The notes: generated by a model from the sequence alone, not told the origin. A stretch of 64,000 nt of DNA from Octopus sinensis (GCF_006345805.1 NC_043008.1:22568001-22632000), one strand, 5' to 3'; counted from the stretch's first letter, positions 37,561 through 51,610 are shown. Numbers and translations: made by a program.

Positions 37561-38727
37561 CAAGACTTTTTAAAGGAAGGGAATATGTTATCCTCAAACT
37601 AGAGAACAAGGCCAAATATTTGGAAAAGCATGAACTTTGTTAAAGGCACCCAAGGACCAAGTTGGGTTAGTTTAACACCATCGCTTGGTGTACCTAGGAT
37701 TGGGCATAAAGCAATTCCTCGTGCCCTTCTCAGGGTTTTCACTGATGGTGCTTCGACACAATTTCCATCTCCCAAATTCACTCATAAGGCATTGGTTAGC
37801 CAAAGGCTCTAGCAGAAGACACTTGTCCAAGGTGCTGTGCAATGGGAGTGAACCTGAAACCATGTGGTTGCAAAACAAGCTTCTTAACCACACAGCCATG
37901 TCTGTGCTTGATTAACTCCCAACAAAATTTCTTTTAGCAACAATTAAAATCTCTGCTGGATTTTGTTGCTTTCCTCCCTCCCCATCCCCATTACTAAATG
38001 GCATAAAAATAAACAAACATTACATTCAAGATGTTTGTCAGTTCAACCAATCCTTAATTACAAAAAGTGATTCAGAACTCCCTTTAGCGTGTAAATGATA
38101 CATTGTATTAGAACGCTAAAGGGGCTTTTGAATCAGCTTGTATGATATGAATTTCACAGACAGGCACAAATGCAGAGTTTTTTTTTTTTGGTTTTTTGGG
38201 GGGTTTTTTTCAAAAGAAAAGGGGATGCACAGTCATTTGAAAACCCTTTTATTTGACTAACACTTACTTTATCAATTCCAGATGGATGAGAGATAAAAAA
38301 AAACAAAGTCGACCCCAGTGGGATTTGAACCTAGAATGTAAACGGATATGACTAAATACCACAGAGATTTAGCTAAGTGCTGTACCATGTCTGCCACTCC
38401 AGCTTTTTAAAATTACATAAATAACAGCAATTAAAATAGAAAATCGCTTCTGACAGCATCACAATAAAAATCGCTTAAAAATAACAACAACAGCAGTGAC
38501 AGCAACAACAACAACAACAGCAACAACAACAAGTGCAGGCATTGTTGCTTGTTTAAGAAGCACCCTTTGCAACCACGTGGTTTCAGGTTTAGCCGCACTT
38601 AGCAGTAATTTGGGCTCCAACCGTTGTCTTGAGAATGAATTTAATAAGTGTAAACTAAGCTACAGCCCATAAGCCCATCATGTGTGTGTGTGTATATACA
38701 TATATATACACACACATACATATATAT

Positions 38728-38780
<53 letters not shown>

Positions 38781-38960
38781 TTATCGCCATACTAATATGG
38801 CAATCTTATAAACATAAGACTAAAGCTTGGAGCTATTCATCGACAGCTTAGTCTTATATTTATAAGATTGCCATATTAGTATGGCAATAGCTATTAATTT
38901 CCAGTAACGCTGCAGTAATCTCCTTAGAGAGACTTAGTAATTTTAATATTTCTATTATAT

Positions 38961-38991
<31 letters not shown>

Positions 38992-39044
38992 TATATAGGT
39001 ATGTATATATATATGTATATATGTGTGTGTGTGTACATGTGTGT

Positions 39045-39378
39045 GAAGGCACATGGCCCAGTAGTTAGAGTGTAGAGTTTATAATCGTGAGGTTGTGAGT
39101 TTGGTTCCCAGACCGGGCTGTGTGTTGTGTTCTTGAGCAAGACACTTTATTTCACGTTGCTCCAGTTCACTCAGCTGTAGAAATGAGTTGCGACATCACT
39201 GGTGCCAGCTCTATCGGCCTTTGCCTTTCCCTAGGAGAACATCGGTGGCGTGGAGAGGGGAGGCCGGTATGCATGGGCGACTGCGGGTCTTCCACAAACA
39301 ATCCTGCCCTGACTTATGCCTCGGAGGGTAACTTTCTAGGTGCAATCCCATGGTCATTCATGACCGAAGGGTGTCTCA
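39045..39378 (+). mobile_element. SINE family C, near full length
   Basis: tRNA-like head ggcacatggcccagtagttagag; central cttgagcaagacactttatttcacgttgctccagttcactcagctgtagaaatgag. Confidence 0.7.
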
Positions 39379-39854
39379 TCCTATATATATATATATATAT
39401 ATATGTAAAAGTAAAAAAATATACAAACTGGGACAAGAACGTGAAACATTTAGAAGACGACACAAAAAACACGGACGGGACATTCGAAGCCCTCAATCAT
39501 TAGTCAAGAACCGGATCATCTTCGCAATTTCAGCTCAAACTTTTTGAGAAGTCCAAAAAGAGAGAAAGAATGATTTCTAATAAAGATTCATCATATTCAT
39601 AAAAAACAGCCAGAGCAAGTAATCAGAATATGAAAATACTTAGTTGAAAAATATCGTTATAGGTATAAATATATCGTATACAATTATAGAAAAATGGAGG
39701 AGAAAAAGATGTTGAATCAAAATTAGATTCAATACAAAATAGGATTCAATATATACGCATGTTTGTATTGAATCCTATTTTGTATTAAATCTAATTTTGA
39801 TTCAACAAGAAACTAAGACTGTTAAAGGGATATGATAAGTAAAATGAACAACTC

Positions 39855-40260
39855 AGGAGTGGCTGTGTGGTAAGTAGCTTGCTAACCAACCACATGGTTC
39901 CGGGTTCAGTCCCACTGCGTGGCATCTTGGGCAAGTGTCTTCTGCTATAGCCCCAGGCCGACCAATGCCTTGTGAGTGGATTTGGTAGACGGAAACTGAA
40001 AGAAGCCTGTCGTATATATGTATATATATATATGTATGTGTGTGTGTGTTTGTGTGTCTGTGTTTGTCCCCCTAGCATTGCTTGACAATCGATGCTGGTG
40101 TGTTTACGTCCCCGTCACTTAGCAGTTCGGCAAAAGAGACCGATAGAATATGTACTGGGCTTACAAACAATAAGTCCCGGGGTCGATTTGCTCGACTAAA
40201 GGCGGTGCTCCAGCATGGCCGCAGTCAAATGACTGAAACAAGTAAAAGAGTAAAAGAGAG
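39855..40260 (+). mobile_element. SINE-A
   Basis: Family A motifs. Confidence 0.9.
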
Positions 40261-40325
40261 TAACTCACCACTGCAAATAATGGGAGCACTATTAAATTAG
40301 TGAGTGTTTTTGTGACTACGTAAAA

Positions 40326-40810
40326 TTAAGGCCAGTGGCACATAAAAAGTACCCAGCACACACTGTAAAGTGGAAAGGCATCCAGCTGTAAAAACCATAC
40401 CACAACAGACAACTGGAGCATGGACAGACCTCTGGCTGGCCAGCTCCATGTCAAACCATCCAATCCATGACAGCTTGGAAAATGAATGTTAAATGATGAT
40501 GATGTGCTCTGACCCTCTTCTCTCATACCTTAATTTCTCATCTCCTAGCATTAATGCTGTCTTCCTCTATTTGTAGACCTACTCAGTCTTGCAAGCTACA
40601 TGGTGACCTCACTGATGCTGGTGCCACAAAAAACCACTCAGTACACTCTGTAAAGTGGTTGGCATTGGCAAGGGGTTCCACTTATGGAAAACCACACCAA
40701 AGCAGATACTGTAGCATGATGCTGTCTTCAGCCCTGTTGGATCCTGTCAAACCATCCAACCCATGTCATCATGGAAGACTAACACACAAAGATGATGACA
40801 TGATGATAAT
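40326..40810 (+). mobile_element. Two old RTE 3'UTR fragments
   Basis: ggcacataaaaagtaccc...ggcatccagctgtaaaa and (GAT)n tails. Confidence 0.65.
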
Positions 40811-41823
40811 GATGATGGTTAGGAGCTATTTTATTATCTGGAGGTTAATTACTCAACTAAATTCTTCAAGATGATGTACCATCATGGCCACAGTCCAATG
40901 ACTGAAAACAGAATATAAGAGCTATTTTAAGCAGGTCAATCGATATAGTAAAGACTATTGGCTTGTGGGTTGTTGAAGGGGGAGGAAAAAGTTGCTGTTT
41001 AGCCGTGAGGGAACTCTGAAGGAGCAGACCATATAATGTCTGCTCCTTCCTTATATGGTCAAAAGAATTTCATCCATGACCACTTCATCTATATTTCAAG
41101 GACTATGTTTTTCAATGTACCCTTCATTTTTTAGCTTTTTTTTTTTTTTTGAAGATAGTTTTGACATGATTCAACAGAGATTTAACTGTTATTTCTAGCA
41201 CGCTACATAATGTCATAAAGGCCCCATCATGAACTCATGTATTTGAGGTAGAAGTAGTATATTTAGGCAGAGTGGAAAAGTGGTGATGATGGTCGTGATC
41301 ATGATGATGATGGTGGTGGTGGTGATGATGATGATGATGAGGATGATGATGGAGATGATGATGAAGATGATGATAAAGATGGTGATGATGATGATGTAAT
41401 GATGGTGGTGGTGGCGGTTAAAGTGATGATGATGATGATGATGATAACAGCATTTCTATAAGACTGGGAAAGAAAGACATTAGAGAAAAACAAAAACAAG
41501 CCAACCAAATACAGACAAAATAAAAAATAAAAAAAATTCCATAAAGAACAAAAATAATCCATGAATAGAGACTGAAATGTTACCTTCTATTTTTACTTGT
41601 TTCAGTCATTGGACGGTGGCCATGCTGGGGCACTGCCTTGAAGAGTTTTAATCAAACAAATCAACCAGTGTGCTTATTTTTAAGCCTGGTAAATTATTCC
41701 TCAGTATGATGCTAAACTGTCCAGTTGTGAGGTTCCAGTCGGGGAGTCCCTGGAGTTTTGGGGAGCAAGGGGTCACCACTTAATTACCAATACCCCAGAT
41801 CTGTCTGGACCTGGAATGGTAGT

Positions 41824-42245
41824 ATAAGGCGGTGAGCTGGTAGAAACGTTAGCACGCCGGGCGAAATGCTCAGCGGTATTTCGTCTGCCATTACGTTCTG
41901 AGTTCAAATTCCGCCGAGGTCGACTTTGTCTTTCATCCTTTCGGGGTCGATAAATAAAGTACCAGTTTCGCACTGGGGTCGATGTAATCGACTTGATCCC
42001 TTTATCTGTCCTTGTTTGTCCCCTCTGTGTTTAGCCCCTTGTGGGTATTAAAGAAATAGGTATTTCGTCCGCCGTTACGTTCTGAGTTCAAATTCCGCCG
42101 AGGTCGACTTTGTCTTTCATCCTTTCGGGGTCGATTAAATAAGTACCAGTTACGCACTGGGGTTGATATAATCGACTTAATTCTGTTTGTCTGTCCTTGT
42201 TTGTCCTCTCTGTGTTTAGCTCCTTGTGGGCAGTAAAGAAATAGG
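41824..42245 (+). mobile_element. SINE-B head plus two bodies
   Basis: Period 184 bp; junction aaagaaataggtatttcgtc; 7-bp TSD ggtagta. Confidence 0.9.
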
Positions 42246-42646
42246 TAGTACCTTTCGGAGCCCCATCTATGGGTTAAATAGATTTTAGTAAGGATAGGTT
42301 GTGCTCCTTAGCTGCGATGAAATAAATTAATCTAGGGGATAAACTGTGAAATTAATACCCTCTTCAAAACATGCCTTAAGCCAGTATGGAAGCATATGAC
42401 TGATGAAACTAACAGGAGGTATGTCCAATGATATAGATTCAAGCTGTGGGGGGAAATTATCTCATGTTGGTGTGCATTCTGTTGTAGGCAGAGACAACAG
42501 GAACTTATGCAGACTTATTATTGGTCTCTTTTGCCAAGTTGGTAAGCTACAGGATTGTGAAAAACCAACAACTGTTGGCAAGTGATGGTGGTGGTGGTGG
42601 TGGTGGTGGTAGCAGAGATACACACACACACACACACATTTATATA

Positions 42647-42983
42647 CAAGGGGGTGCTGAAAAATTCCTGGTTTTAAGGGTATCACGAAAGGTCTAGTTT
42701 TAAGAGTATTGTGAAAGGCCTGGTCAGAGGCTCAACCTTTTGGGTTCTTTTTCATATACAAGGGGTGCTGAAAAGTTCCTGGCTTTAAGGGTATCATAAA
42801 AGGTCTGCTTGGAGGCCCAACTTTCCAAGATCTTTTACAGGGCTTAAAAAAACTTGAAGGGCCACTGCAGTAAGTGTGTGAATCTGAGAAGGGAATACGT
42901 TCAATAAAATCATAATTAACTGATCCTCCTGTATTTTCTTTTACCCAAAGCCAGGAACTTTCCAGCACCCCCTCATGTGTGTG

Positions 42984-43026
<43 letters not shown>

Positions 43027-43154
43027 ATATATACATACATATATAATACAATTTTACTGAACCTTCAGATTTTATATGCTAGACCACTGGTGTGAAATTG
43101 ATGTTAATTAAATTAATATCAAATTTCTCACCCTCATCTTAAATATATATATAT

Positions 43155-43215
<61 letters not shown>

Positions 43216-43428
43216 GAGATGTTGGAAAGTTCCTGTCATTAAGGGTATTGCGAAAGGTCTGGTTAGAGAACCAGCCTTCCAAGTTCTTTTACAGGGATTA
43301 GAGAAACTAAAGGATTACTGCAATAAATGTGTAAATCTGAGAAGGGAATATGTTGGATAAAATCATAATTAACTGATCCTCCCATATTTTCTTTTACTCA
43401 AATCCAGGAACTTTTCATTATCCCCTCA
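42647..43428 (+). mobile_element. Three copies of a ~215-bp mariner-derived MITE (42647-42740 partial, 42759-42975, 43212-43428); a fourth at 54289-54505 (-)
   Basis: TIR ggggtgctgaaaagttcctggc / gccaggaactttccagcacccc; transposase tail GLKKLEGHCSKCVNLRREYV. Confidence 0.8.
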
Positions 43429-43838
43429 TATATATATATGCAATATGGTTCCATACAGTTTCCATGAAACCAGTTCTCTCACAAGACATTGGTCAACCTA
43501 CAATTACAGTTGAAGACACTTGCGCATAATGGTCCATGATGGGACTGAACCTGAAACCATGTGGAGTGACTGCAAAACAAACTTGTTAACCACACAGCCA
43601 TGCTTGTATGCTGCTATCTTTTTTTTAAAGCTTTTTTGAAATATTTTTCTTTCTGCTTTTTATTTTGGTCTTTCCTTCAAAGTGAAATATTTGTGTACAC
43701 ATATAATACACACACACACACACACACACATACACACCAGTACATTGGCATAAACAAAAATATCACAAAAACATATACGCAATAGTAAAAACTCATATCC
43801 ATACACAATCACACACAATACAGACAGAGACATATAGT

Positions 43839-43877
<39 letters not shown>

Positions 43878-44153
43878 ATATGTACAGAGGGACACATCCA
43901 ATTATTCATACACAAATAAATATGAATAAACAAGCACAAACAGAAGGCCTTCCTCATACACAAACACATACCTATTTATACACGCACATATTTTATACAC
44001 ACCCACACACATATACACAGGGAGAAAATTATCTAAGTATGAAGTAAATAAACTGAAAATATTTTGACGGACATCCTGTTTATGTAGAACATAAGTATTG
44101 CAAGTGAGTGTGTGTGTGTGTATTTATATATACATATACACAAATATACATAC

Positions 44154-44214
<61 letters not shown>

Positions 44215-44255
44215 CATACATACATATACATATATACATACATACATACATATAT

Positions 44256-44286
<31 letters not shown>

Positions 44287-44601
44287 CATACATACATATA
44301 TACATACATACATATATATATATATAAATACTCTTTTACTCTCTTTACTCTTTTCCTTGTTTCAGAGATTTGACTGTGGCCATGCCGGAGCACAGCCTTT
44401 AGTTGAGCATATCGACACCAGGACTTATTCTTTGTAAGCCTAGTACTTATTCTATTGGTCTCACATACTGAATGGAAAATGAAACTTGGGAGGCGATCGT
44501 GTGGTGTTGTCTTGCATTTATAATAATATATATATATATATGCCATGATAGATCATTAGCTCCTACATGCATTTTTCTCTCCTTGTTTCTTTTCTCTGTA
44601 A

Positions 44602-44637
44602 CTTTCTGTAGAAGAGCGTAGGCTCGAAACGTAAAAG
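44602..44637 (+). ncRNA. Hammerhead-like motif with a non-canonical core
   Basis: CUUU CUGUAGA A GAGC GUAG GCUC GAAAC GUA AAAG: all three stems present, but the core reads CUGUAGA instead of CUGANGA. Confidence 0.45.
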
Positions 44638-44719
44638 ACTTGTTCTATTTCTATTCCTGAGCGCCATACTAATACTCCACCTGCCTTCGTCTTTTGTTTA
44701 TTTTCGTAAACCTTCCCAT

Positions 44720-44755
<36 letters not shown>

Positions 44756-45446
44756 ATAGATAGATAGATAGATAGATAGATAGATCAATTATAAGAATAA
44801 TAATAAAAATATACAGTACAATACTGTTTCTACTTCATGGATTTTCACCTATAGCAGGGGGTGGGGTGGAATGTAACTCATACAATAGTCGAGTGATTAC
44901 TGTAAAGATGGATAGGTGTCAATTTCCAACCATTTGCAACAAATTTTTTAATTGGTTAATGAGTACATTACATCATTATAAAAAACTTGTGTTCGTCAGA
45001 TGAATACACAAACCATACGATTAAGGACATTTAAGAAAATATTTAAGAAAACATTTAAAATCCACGGCAAGTGCATATTTTGTGATTCCATAACCGCTGG
45101 TGTCACAGAATGTGTTTGCTAAATCAAAGCAATTTAAAGGAGTTTTGTAGGCGGAGACATCACTACAACATATGTAGGAAAGGAGTATTTAAGATTTATA
45201 GTCTTGAAGCTGGGAGGGAAGTTAGTCGGTATGGTTCGGGGGAGGGGGACAGAGAGCCAAACTGTGTCCTCTCCACAATTAAGAAAAAGATAGTTATTTT
45301 TATCTTATGATAGAATTCAACTAGAGATATAGGGTTAAAGGTGAAAGATAAGATTCACATTGATTTATGAATTTATCTATCAAAGATCTATCCATGCCAG
45401 CTTTATTACTCAGAGTATGTTTGATGGAGACAGAAATACAAGAAGG

Positions 45447-45995
45447 TAACGAGATGGCAGAAACGTTAGCACGCCAGGCAAAATGCTTAGCAGTATTTCG
45501 TCTGTCTTTACGTTCTGAGTTCAAATTCCGCCAAGATCGACTTTGCCTTTCATCCTTTCGGGGGCGATTAAATAAGTACCAGTTTTGCACTGGAGTCAAT
45601 ATAATCGACTTAATCTGTTTGTCTGTCCTTGTTTGTCCCCTCTGTGTTTAGCCCCTTGTGGGTAGTAAAGAAATAGGTATTTCGTCTGTCCCTACATTCT
45701 GAGTTCAAATTCCGCCGAGATCGACTTTGCATTTCATCATTTCGGGGTCGATTAAATAAGTACCAGTTTTGCACTGGAGTCGATATAATCGACTTAATCT
45801 GTTTGTCTGTCCTTGTTTGTCCCCTCTGTGTTTAGCCCCTTGTGGGTAGTAAAGAAATAGGTATTTCATCTATCTTTACGTTCTGAGTTCAACTTCCGCC
45901 AAGGTCGACTTTGCCTTTCATCCTTTTGAGGTCGATAAATTAAGTACCAGTTACGCACTCCTTTGTCTGTCCTTGTTTGTCCCTTCTGTGTTTAG
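45447..45995 (+). mobile_element. SINE-B head plus about three bodies
   Basis: Period 184-185 bp; same junction as 41824-42245. Confidence 0.9.
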
Positions 45996-46249
45996 CACCT
46001 TGTGGCACGTAAAAAACACCATCCGATCCTGGCCGTTCGCCAGCCTCATCTGGCACCTGTGCAGGTGGCACGTAAAAAGCACCCACTACACTCACGGAGT
46101 GGTTGGCGTTAGAAAGGGCATCCAGCTGTGGAAACACTGCCAGATCAGACTGGGCCTGGCGCAGCCTTCTGGCTTCCCAGACCCCAGTTGAACCGTCCAA
46201 CCCATGCTAGCATGGAAAACAGACGTTAAACGATGATGATGATGATGAT
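45996..46249 (+). mobile_element. RTE 3'UTR fragment nested in the SINE-B tail
   Basis: The SINE tail resumes (ggcaataaagaaata) at 46250 after the (GAT)n. Confidence 0.85.
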
Positions 46250-46554
46250 GGGCAATAAAGAAATAAGAAATACAAGAATTCAATTATAAAGTAGGAAATG
46301 AGGATGGTATTCATCTTGTCAATAGATAAGGATGAATACAATCAATAGCATACCATAACACCTTTATATGAAAGCAAAGGTATAATAGATAAGAGAGAGA
46401 TTATGATAGATAAAAATAAAAGTGGAAAAAAGGGGTTATAATATACAAAAAGAGGAGGTGGTCATTATTAGGGAATTTGGATACTAATAAAAATGGAACT
46501 GGTAAAATTTCATGTAAATCAGGAAAAATATAATAATAAATATCATAAAGCACA

Positions 46555-46719
46555 GGAGTGGCTGTGTGGTAAGTAGCTTTCTTACCACACGGTTCCGGGT
46601 TCAGTCCCACTGTGTGACACATTGGGCAAGTGTCTTCTACTATAGCCTCGGGCCGACCAAAGCCTTGTGAGTGGATCTGGTAGATGGAAACTGAAAGAAA
46701 CTCGTCATACATATGTATG

Positions 46720-46774
<55 letters not shown>

Positions 46775-46781
46775 ATGTATA

Positions 46782-46840
<59 letters not shown>

Positions 46841-48995
46841 ATATGTTGTGTATCTGTGTTTGTCCCCCCAACATCGTTTGACAACCGATGCTTGTGTGTT
46901 TAGGTTTCCGTAACTTAGCGGTTCGGCAAAAGGAGGCCGATAGAATAAGTACTAGGCTTACAAAGAATAAGTCCTGGGGGTCGATCTGATTCAACTAAAT
47001 GCAGTGCTCCAGCATGGCCACAGTCAAATGACAGAAACAAGTAAAAGAGTATAATTAAAACAATTGGAAAATGGTTAGAAATGGTAGCTAGAAGTGAGAT
47101 AAAAGAAATGCAACATAACAGGATACAATATGACAGCAGGTAACAGGTATATTTATAGTGTAAGGATAATGATGATAAGATAATCGTAGAATGGTAGGAC
47201 AATCTAATACACAAATCGCTTAGATTAAGTAAAATACAGGATGAATAAAATACGAAAAAATTAATTTCTTATTGAAGGACAGTCAGACGTAGAAAGGAAA
47301 CTACAGGAAACTACATATAAAAAATGTATTTAAAAAATATGATTATAAATTCTTTTAATCTTTCATTCTTTTACTTGTTTCAGTCATTTGACTGTGGCCA
47401 TGTGGGAGCACTGCCTTGAAGGGTTTTAGTTGAAGAAATTGATCCCAAGACTACTTATTCTTTGTCAGCCTAGCACTTATTCTATCAGTTCCCTTTGCTG
47501 AATTGCTAAGTTACAAGGACCTAAATAAACCAGCATTAGTTTTCAAGCAACGGTGGGGCAGGGACAAACACACACAAATATATACAATAGGTGGCGAGCT
47601 GGCAGAAACGTTAGCACGCCAGGCGAAATGCTTTGCAGTATTTCGTCTGCCGTTACATTCTGAGTTCAAATTCCGCCGAGGTCGACTTTGCCTTTCATCC
47701 TTTCGCGGTCGATTAAATAAGTGCCAGTTACGCACTGGGGTCGATGTAATTGACTTAATCCGTTTGTCTGTCTTTGTTTGTCCCCTCTGTGTTTAGCACC
47801 TTGTGGGCAATAAAGAAATAAATATATACACACACATACACAAATACACACACACACACACACACACATATACACGATGGGCTTCTTTCAGCTTCTGTCT
47901 ACTAAATCCGCTCGCAAGGTTTTGGTTGGCCCAAGACTATAATAGAAGACACTTGCCTGAGGTGCCACGCAGTGGGACTGAACCCGGAACCATGTAAGAA
48001 GCAAGTTTCTTATCACACAGCAACAAAATGTAGACATTAATTTTAGTAAAGGGTGACAAACAAAATAAACAGAATTATTATCATAACTAAGGTAACATTA
48101 AAGATTTAATATTTCAAGACTGATTATAAAATTTCACAGTATATAAAGCAAAGAGAAGATAAACCAAATCCTTATCAGTCACCTGCCAACAGGTAAGAGC
48201 AAACAAGCATTTAATTGTATTTTTGGTTTGGTTAATACAGGTGTAGTTAGTAAACTCTAAGTATGATAAGTCACTAACAGGATAAATGTAATTAGAAGTA
48301 ATAAAATAATATATAAAGGTATGGTAATATGCCAAGAGGGTCAGGTGATGTGATACATAATAGACAGGTAGGTGTAGGAGTGGCTGTGTGGTAAGTAGCT
48401 TGCTTACGAACCACATGGTTCCGGGTTCAGTCCCACTGCATGGCACCTTGGGCAAGTGTCTTCTACTATAGCTTCGGGTTGACCAAAGCCTTGTGAGTGG
48501 ATTTGGTAGACGGAAACTGAAAGAAGCCCGTTGTATATATGTACATATATATATGTATGTGTGTGTATCTGTTTGTGTGTCTGTGTTTGTCCCCCCAACA
48601 TCGCTTGACAACCGATGCTGGTGTGTTTACGTCCCCGTAACTTAGCAGTTCGGCAAAAGAGACCGATAGAATAAGTACTAGGCTTACAAAGAATAAGTCC
48701 TGGGGTGTCTTTTACTTTCATCCTGGTCTGGTCTATGGCTTGTGAGTGAAATTGGCAGATGGAAACTGTGATGAAACCTACCATATGGGCACATGTGTGT
48801 GTATGTATATGTTTGCACACCAACACATCACTTGATGACTAGTGTTGGTTTGTTTATGTCCCTGTAGCTTAGTGGTCCAGCAAAAGAATTCGAAAAAATG
48901 AAGTACCAGATTAGGTAACAGAGTTAAGTGTCAGTAAAACTTTTCAAGTGATTGCCCTAGCATGGCCAGAGTTCAATGACTGAAACAAGTTGAAG
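46555..48995. mobile_element. SINE cluster: A(+) 46555-47050; A(-) 47365-48020 interrupted by B(+) 47587-47820; A(+) 48377-48700; degenerate A(+) 48720-48995
   Basis: Family motifs. Confidence 0.85.
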
Positions 48996-49158
48996 ACAAT
49001 AAAATCAAAAGACCAAATATGCAAAAGAGACAGAACAACCTGACTGAACACTCATCGTGGAAACCGATAGAGGACCCACAGCTAAATAATCCCACCTCCA
49101 CGTTTCCCCTTTTATCCCCGCCTTCCATTGCCCCTTTTTCCCTTTTTCCTTATTTACC

Positions 49159-49744
49159 TATTTCTTTACTACCCACAAGGGGCTAAACACAGAGGGGACA
49201 AACAAGGACAGACAAAGGGATTAAGTCGATTATATCAACCCCAGTACGTAACTGGTACTTAATTTATCGACCCTGAAAGGATGAAAGGCGAAGTCGACCT
49301 CGGTGGAATTTGAACTTAGAACGTAACGGCAGACGAATACCTATTTCTTTACTACCCACAAGGGGCTAAACACAGAGAGGACAAACAAGGACAGACAAAC
49401 GGATTAAGTCGATTATATCGGCGCCAGTGCATAACTGGTGCTTAATTTATCGACCCCGAAAGGATGAAAGGCAAAGTCGACCTCGGTGGAATTTGAACTC
49501 AGAATGTAGCAGCAGACGAAATACTTATTTCTTTATTACCCACAAGGGGCTAAACACAGAGGGGACAAACAAGGACAGACATAGGTATTAAGTTGATTAT
49601 ATCGGCCCCAGTGCGTAACTGGTACTTAATTTATCGACCCCGAAAGGATGAAAGGCAAAGTCGACCTCGGCGGAATTTGAACTCAGAACATAGCGGCAGG
49701 CGAAATACCGCTAGGCATTTCGCCCGGCGTGCTAACGTTTCTGC
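49159..49744 (-). mobile_element. SINE-B trimer flanked by a ~125-bp direct duplication
   Basis: Duplication at 49031-49158 and 49745-49867. Confidence 0.9.
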
Positions 49745-50717
49745 CAGAACAACCTGACTGAACACTCATCGTGGAAACCAATGAAGGACCCACAGCTAAA
49801 TAATCCCACCTCCACATTCTCCCTTTTTATCCCCGCCCCCTTCCATTGCCCCTTTTCCTTATTTACCATCATTGCCATATTGCCATGAATAAACAACAAA
49901 CAACCAAAAAAAAGTGGGGTGAGATGGAAACGGAGTTGTACTATTCAACAAGTTTGTTTAACAATCTGATGATTAGCTGGAATGGTTATAATAAATTAGG
50001 AATGGTTATAATAAATTAGCTAAGTTTCATGATAACATCTGACAGTTTGCGTTAACTTAAAACAGATAGACAGCTGGTTGCTTCATTAATTCTGGTTGAT
50101 TTTTCTCCTTTTCTTGTTTTTCTTCATTTTCTTTTTCATTTTTGTTTTCATTTATTTACTCTTTGTTTGTTGTTGTTTTTTGTTTTTGTTTTATTTTTTT
50201 GTTTTGTTTATTGTATCATGACTGGTTAATAAATTAATTTTCTTTATTTCTATTTTTGTTATTTGCATTTTTGTTTTTACTTTCAGTAATTCCCTGCCCA
50301 AAACCCCATATCTCTAGCCTCCACCCACCCGCCCGAAACTGCAAAGAACGGATGAACTGCTTTTGCAAGGTTAAATATTTGGGAAAAATATTTCATTATC
50401 ATCATAACTATCTTCATCACCATCATCATCATCAACAACATCATCATCAACATCATCATTACCATTGTTCTAGAAGAAGAACTAGGTTAGTAGTTTTATA
50501 GAGGTAAAGCTGGCAGTGGTGGTGGTGGCAGAAGTGTTGTTGTTGTTGTTGCTATTGCTACTGCTGCTGCTCCTGAGGCAGTATTTTAAGGGCCAGAGGC
50601 CCTTCCTATCATCAACCCTTTACTTGAAACAGAGTAGATCTGCCAGAAAAGTGTCTACTATTAGTGTTTAATCCCATCCAAATCAGACTTGATCAAACAC
50701 AAGATTAAACGATTGCT

Positions 50718-51610
50718 CTTACTCTTTACTCTTTTACTTGTTTCAGTCATTTGACTGCGGCCATGTTGGAGCACCGCCTTTTAGTCGAGCAAATCAACCC
50801 CAGGATCTATTCGTTATAAGCCTAGTACTTATTCTATCGGTCTCTTTTGCTGAACCATTAAGTTATGGGGACATAAACACACCAGCATCAGTTGTCAAGT
50901 GATGTTGGGAGGACAAACACAGACACACAAACATACACACACACACACACATACATATATATACATATATATATGTATATGTGTATATATACGATGGACT
51001 TCTTTCCATTTCTGTCTACCAAATCCACTCACAAGGCTTTGGTCGGCCCAAAGCTATAGTAGAAGACACTTGCCCAAGGTGCTACACATCATCATTTAAC
51101 GTCCGTTATCCATGCTGGCATGGGTTGGGCAGTTTGACCAGGGCTGGCAAGCTGGAAGGCTGCACCTGACTCCAGGTTTCTATGGTTTTCAATGGCTGAA
51201 TGCCCTTTCTAATACCAACCACTCTGGGAGTGTAATGGGTGCTTTTACATGCCACCGGCACAGGTGCCATTTACATGACACAAGGGTGTGTTTATGTGCC
51301 ACCAGCATGGGTGCCAATTTACATGACACCAGTATCTTCCACAACTGTGATGATTTTGCTTGGCTTGATGGGTCTTCTCAAGCACAACATAATGCTAAAG
51401 GCCTTGATCATTGCCTCCATGAGGCCCAACACTTGAAAGGAACTCAGCTACCTTGCCTCTGTCAGGCCCATTGCTCGAAAGGAACTCAGCCACTTTGCCT
51501 CCATGAGGCCCAACGTTCAAAAGATGTTTTTTTTTACATGCCACCAGCACGGGTGCACTTGGCTTGACTGGTCCTCTCAAGCACAGCCCATCGTCAAAGA
51601 TCTCAGTCAT
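50718..51610 (-). mobile_element. SINE-A (50718-51084) truncated by an RTE-type 3'UTR fragment (51085-51610)
   Basis: Family motifs; the RTE fragment has a distinct internal 3'UTR (ggaactcagc repeats). Confidence 0.75.

Noticed and set aside
48140-48200. Possible plus-strand exon ending CAG|GTAAGA
   Set aside because: Weak acceptor, short peptide with no recognisable homology.
50310-50345. GC-box-like CCCACCCGCCC as a PI3K promoter
   Set aside because: Isolated motif with no CpG island or transcription evidence.
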